Shown piece after piece: positions 59,988-64,000 of a stretch of 64,000 nt of DNA. Made by a program: the position numbers and the translations under genes. The stretch covers positions 62,001 through 126,000 of the forward strand of contig JAVKOQ020000089.1 of the NCBI GenBank assembly GCA_031835245.2, in the 5' to 3' direction. Source of the stretch: Balamuthia mandrillaris (Eukaryota). The first letter of the stretch is position 1; each line of letters opens with the position of its first letter. The notes under the pieces were generated by a model. The model ran no database searches. It saw only the letters and a program-made list of their open reading frames with translations, and had not been told where the DNA came from.

Positions 59988-61373
59988 ATGACCACCAAAC
60001 CAGTCCTTTGGTTGACTCTTCTCTTTGTTGCTTCAACTCTATTCTTTGTCGAAGGAAAAAGGTTTTACGAGTATGATAACGACGACTGTTCCTGTCCATC
60101 TTCTTCCACAAAGCTGGTCCTTCATCGTAACTATGACACGTCCGTTGACATCATTGGAAATGTGGAAGTCGATAACGATCAAAACGACCTTCGCATACGT
60201 TTTCAAACTTCACTCTGCTCTTCTTCGTCTTCTTGGTTGTTGGAAAAGATCTACATTCATGTGGGGGACTCTTTGAAAGACTTTCCAGTCACATGTGGTA
60301 CACGTGAAGCGGATGTGGGACGTTTCTCCTACTTAGCCATTTTGGAGGAGAGCTCTTCTTACATGGCAAGGATTCCTTTGGACACTATTCTTGATGATGA
60401 AGAAGTTTGCGGGAGAAAGGTATTGATCGCAGCGAAGGCTCAAGCAGTTCGACTTGATGTGGACGACGGAGACAATAGCGCCTGGGCCTGGGCTTTGGGA
60501 AGCTCATTTGATGTCGGTGGAAAGAGCATGTACTTTGTTCATCATGTATGTTGTGATGATGAAGACATGGACGGTGCTGAAGATGGTGGAATGGGCGAAA
60601 CGGATGGTACCGAAGATGGCGGAGAAGACGGTGGAGAGGATGGTACCGAAGATGGAGGAGAAGATGGTACTGAAGATGGCGGAGAGGATGGTATCGAAGA
60701 TGGAGGAGAAGATGGTACTGAAGATGGCGGAGAGGATGGTACCGAAGATGGAGGAGAAGATGGTACTGATGATGGCGGAGCCGATGGTAATGAAGATGGC
60801 GGAGATGATGGTACTGAAGATGGAGGAGAAGACGGTGAAACGAGTGGATCTGACGGCGGAGAAGATGGTGCTGGAGATGGTAGCGACGATGGTAGCGTTG
60901 ATGGCGGAGATGGGGATGCAGATGGTAGCGTTGATGGCGGAGAAGACGGAGGAGGGGGCGGAGAAACCGCCTTTGCCTATCTTCCCGATTCCGATCTCGC
61001 AACTTGCTTCCTGGAGCTGGGTTTCAGCCGTTGGGGCTGGACGAACGGTCCTTTGACGCAAGGCAACTCCTACACGATGGACCTCTACGCTGGAGCGGCA
61101 CAATGCGACCGCGACCGAGGAGAAAACGTTGGAACCGTCACAGTGGTTCATGCAGGCGATGCTGTGACAGTGACTTTCGTTCTAGACGCGCCGTACAGCT
61201 TCACAGAGACGCCGCAGGTCTACATCGGAGACCAACCGATCCCGGAGGGTAATGGTGGTAACCCTACGGTCGCTCCTGGGCAATATCCTTACAGAGGAGA
61301 GGAAGTGGTGGTCACGGGGGTCAGCGGGGCCATCTATGTGATTGCTCACGCAACGGTTGCCGGTGTAATGTAA
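59988..61373 (+). CDS. Intronless secreted protein: signal peptide, beta-rich domain, acidic (EDGGEDGT)n linker, second related beta-rich domain
   Basis: N-terminal hydrophobic signal; both halves share G.V.V, (H/Y)(V/I)GD and IA.A patterns. Confidence 0.8.
   Translation: MTTKPVLWLTLLFVASTLFFVEGKRFYEYDNDDCSCPSSSTKLVLHRNYDTSVDIIGNVEVDNDQNDLRIRFQTSLCSSSSSWLLEKIYIHVGDSLKDFPVTCGTREADVGRFSYLAILEESSSYMARIPLDTILDDEEVCGRKVLIAAKAQAVRLDVDDGDNSAWAWALGSSFDVGGKSMYFVHHVCCDDEDMDGAEDGGMGETDGTEDGGEDGGEDGTEDGGEDGTEDGGEDGIEDGGEDGTEDGGEDGTEDGGEDGTDDGGADGNEDGGDDGTEDGGEDGETSGSDGGEDGAGDGSDDGSVDGGDGDADGSVDGGEDGGGGGETAFAYLPDSDLATCFLELGFSRWGWTNGPLTQGNSYTMDLYAGAAQCDRDRGENVGTVTVVHAGDAVTVTFVLDAPYSFTETPQVYIGDQPIPEGNGGNPTVAPGQYPYRGEEVVVTGVSGAIYVIAHATVAGVM
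60590..60950 (+). repeat. Coding tandem repeat, ~24-nt unit encoding EDGGEDGT
   Basis: Repeated GAAGATGGCGGAGAGGATGGTACC-like units. Confidence 0.9.
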
Positions 61374-61627
61374 ACGAGGGTACCCTTGCTGCAGGTTGTG
61401 CCTCCCCTCTCTCGCAGAGGAGGAAGATAAAAGCCCTGTAGAAATAACGAAAGTTTATCAATAATCGTAATAATTCAGTTTTTTAATAGTCGGAAATATT
61501 TTCAGTTTGTCGACGAATAAATCTATAAAAGAAAAAACAAAAATAGAACAGAAGGAAAAAGGAAACGCGGAAGAAGCAAAAATAAAAAACAACAGCAAAG
61601 AGGCACAACCACCGACACACAAACCAG

Positions 61628-63943
61628 ATGGACTTTACAGAGGAGTTGCCGTCCGAGGCCACGTTGTTGCTGTTTTCCTACTTTGACGCCAAAACGTTGT
61701 GCACTCTAAGTCAAGTCAGTCAAAACTGGTTACGCTTTGCCGGTAACGCTTCTTTTCTTTAGGGACACCCTATATTACATATTATAGCGTGTAATGGTGT
61801 CGTGCATATTTTTTTTTGTTGCTAAACGGCCATTCTCTTTTCCTTTCCTTTCTTCACTATCAAACGTAAGAGGATCATGGCTTATGGAGAGGTTGTATAT
61901 TGTCTCTGCTTCTTTCTCTTCGGGTGTAAGCCGTTTCTTCTTACCTTTTTTTCTTGTGTTTTGTTGTGACAGAGCTGGCGCTTCGTCGCTTTCCAAAACC
62001 TTCATCGGAGGACTACATTTACAGTTGGAAGGTTTGGTACTTTGAACATCTAAAGGTTTGAAAATGTTTGTCTTTGTTGTGGTTTTCTTAGTTCTCTCTT
62101 GCTCATTGTGAATGAAGTTGGAACGCAATTGGCGAAGTGGGTTGTGTAAGGTTACAACGTTGGAGGGCCACAGCGGTGGCGTATGGAAAGTACTTCTGGA
62201 TGGCCATACCATCATCAGCGGAAGCTACGATAACACTGTTCGTGGTTCGTTTTTGTTGTTCATCACTCTCATCCTTCTGTCGTGTTGCTTCTCTTTCCCA
62301 TTTCTTTCTGCGTTATTTATTACTTCTTTTTTGTAACAGGTTGGAACCTGTTCTCTCGCAAATGCAATTTTGTTATCCGACGTTTGACTTCCTCTCCCTT
62401 CAACCATCTTCAGTTTACTCGTGGCAAGGTGCCTGTTCTGCTTATTCTTGTTCTTGTTCTTCATCTTCTTCTTGTTCTTCTTCTTGTTCTTGTTCTTGTT
62501 CTTGTTCTTGTTCTTGTTCTTCTTCTTGTTCTTCTTGTTCTTCTTCTTCTTGTTCTTCTTCTTCTTGTTCTTCTTCTTCTTCTTCTTCTTCTTCTTCTTC
62601 TTCTCGTTTTCTTATATCTATTCTCCACCTTCTTACTCTTGCAAAAGGTTGCAGGTATATCAACCGACAAAGAATTAACCATATGGGATGTTGGCACTCG
62701 CAAATGCTTGGTATGTTTACAACTGGAAGAACGGCCACACGCCCTCGTCTTTGATGATGAGCACTTAGTCTTTGGTCTTCGCAGCGGAACGCTGCAAGTG
62801 TGGTCCATGCGAGATGACACAACTTGTGTGATGGAGTTGGAGGGCCATGACGAAACGGTAAGAGTGATGGAGATGGATTCTCGTCGGATCGCTTCTGCTG
62901 CTTTAGATAAGACTATTCGGGTTATTCTCTTCTTTCTATAGTTCTTCTTGTTTTTCTTCTGCTTCTGCTTTTCTTTGTTGGTATTTTTGCTTATCAAACA
63001 AAAAGATATGGAACAGAGAAACAGGGGAATGTGAGCATGTGTTAAATGGACATGCACTATCAGTGGCATGCCTTGCCATTAAAGACAATCTTCTTGTTAG
63101 TGGCTCAGGAGACAAAACTTTGCGTCTTTGGGTACGTTTTTTGTTGATGTTTGTTAACCACACTTATTATTTAACCAAATACAAACAAAAGGATTTGGAC
63201 ACAGGAAATTGTCTTAAAGTCTTAGCAGGTCACGCCAACACCATCTTCACCTGCCAACTCGACGACCGTAAAATAGGTTACCTTTCAATATTCTCTCACT
63301 CTCTCTTATGTTCTTCTTTCAGTTAATAAAACAATAACATCTTTGTGGTTCTACAGTTAGTGGCTCAGGAGACAAAACTATCAAGGTGTGGAGCATAGCT
63401 ACTGGCGAGTGTCTGGCCACTTTCCAAGCTCACGACGGACCCGTCATCTCGTGTATCTTTAACGAATCTCTCATCGTAAGGTTCGCAGTATCTTCCATTC
63501 GTTTGTTGTTTATGTTCTTGCTTAAAATAAAACCAAAAACAGTGGAAGCAGGGATCGTACCATCAAAATTTTTGACTTTAGTACCGAAGATAGTATCAAG
63601 TCTGCTGGTCAGGTATTTGGTTCTCTTCTTGTTCTTTTACTTCTGCTCTCTCTCTCTCTCTCTCACTCTCTTTCTCTTTCTCTCTTCTTGTTGACACTTT
63701 TCTTTCTTTGTAATGCTTCTTTCTCATTGCAAAAAAAAGCCGTTGAACATAAGTTCAAGCCCTGAAAATGGTCAACAACGAAGACGAAGAAGAGGGATCA
63801 CCAGCAGCAACCAACCACTACGAAACCTCTCGTCTTATTCCTCGTCAAGGTTCTCTTGGGCAAAGACTGTTGCTGTCGTCTTTTTACCTGTTGTCATTCT
63901 CCTGCTTTCCATCTTTCTCGTTTCTTCTTCCTTTCAATCCTGA
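61628..63943 (+). CDS. F-box / WD40 protein with a predicted C-terminal transmembrane anchor, multi-exon
   Basis: MDFTEELPSEATLLLFSYFDAKTLCTLSQVSQNW (F-box); LERNWRSG; several GH...SGS.D.T...W repeats; last exon 63740-63943 ends TVAVVFLPVVILLLSIFLVSSSFQS. Confidence 0.82.
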
Positions 63944-64000
63944 ATTGAGAGAACGGGAAACGTTTTTGTTGTAACAAATAGTGTTATTATTATTTAAACC

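Noticed and set aside
60590..60950. CRISPR-like array
   Set aside because: No unique spacers; it is an in-frame coding repeat in a eukaryotic gene
60385..61151. Alternative-frame and antisense ORFs over the acidic repeat
   Set aside because: Stop-free shadows of the coding repeat
1..64000. tRNA or rRNA genes
   Set aside because: None recognised by eye; tRNAscan-SE or Infernal would be needed to exclude them

Overview
Gene-dense eukaryotic genomic DNA with short spliceosomal introns that often carry (CT)n or (TTC)n microsatellites. Gene content and style suggest a free-living amoeba (Amoebozoa); this is inference. The dominant structure is a ~28 kb head-to-tail array (13.6-41.4 kb, all minus strand) of 11 paralogous putative transcription factors. 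Their architecture is Zn(II)2Cys6 cluster, AT-hook-like RGRP, C4 zinc ribbon, Ser-rich linker and a PAS-like domain split by one conserved intron. One intronless F-box-like gene interrupts the array. A three-exon selenoprotein gene missing from the ORF track lies at 43913-44434, with a CxxU motif, a C-terminal CaaX and a well-formed SECIS. Other genes: GPAT, cytosine deaminase, double-SET methyltransferase, PAK kinase, MaoC dehydratase with PTS2, OB-fold/NUDIX fusion, MEMO1, Bin3/MEPCE, microbial-type PARG, GRAM protein, perilipin, a duplicated membrane protein (one copy frameshifted), a TPR protein, a secreted acidic-repeat protein and an F-box/WD40 protein with a predicted tail anchor. Exon boundaries were read by eye and no database searches were run.
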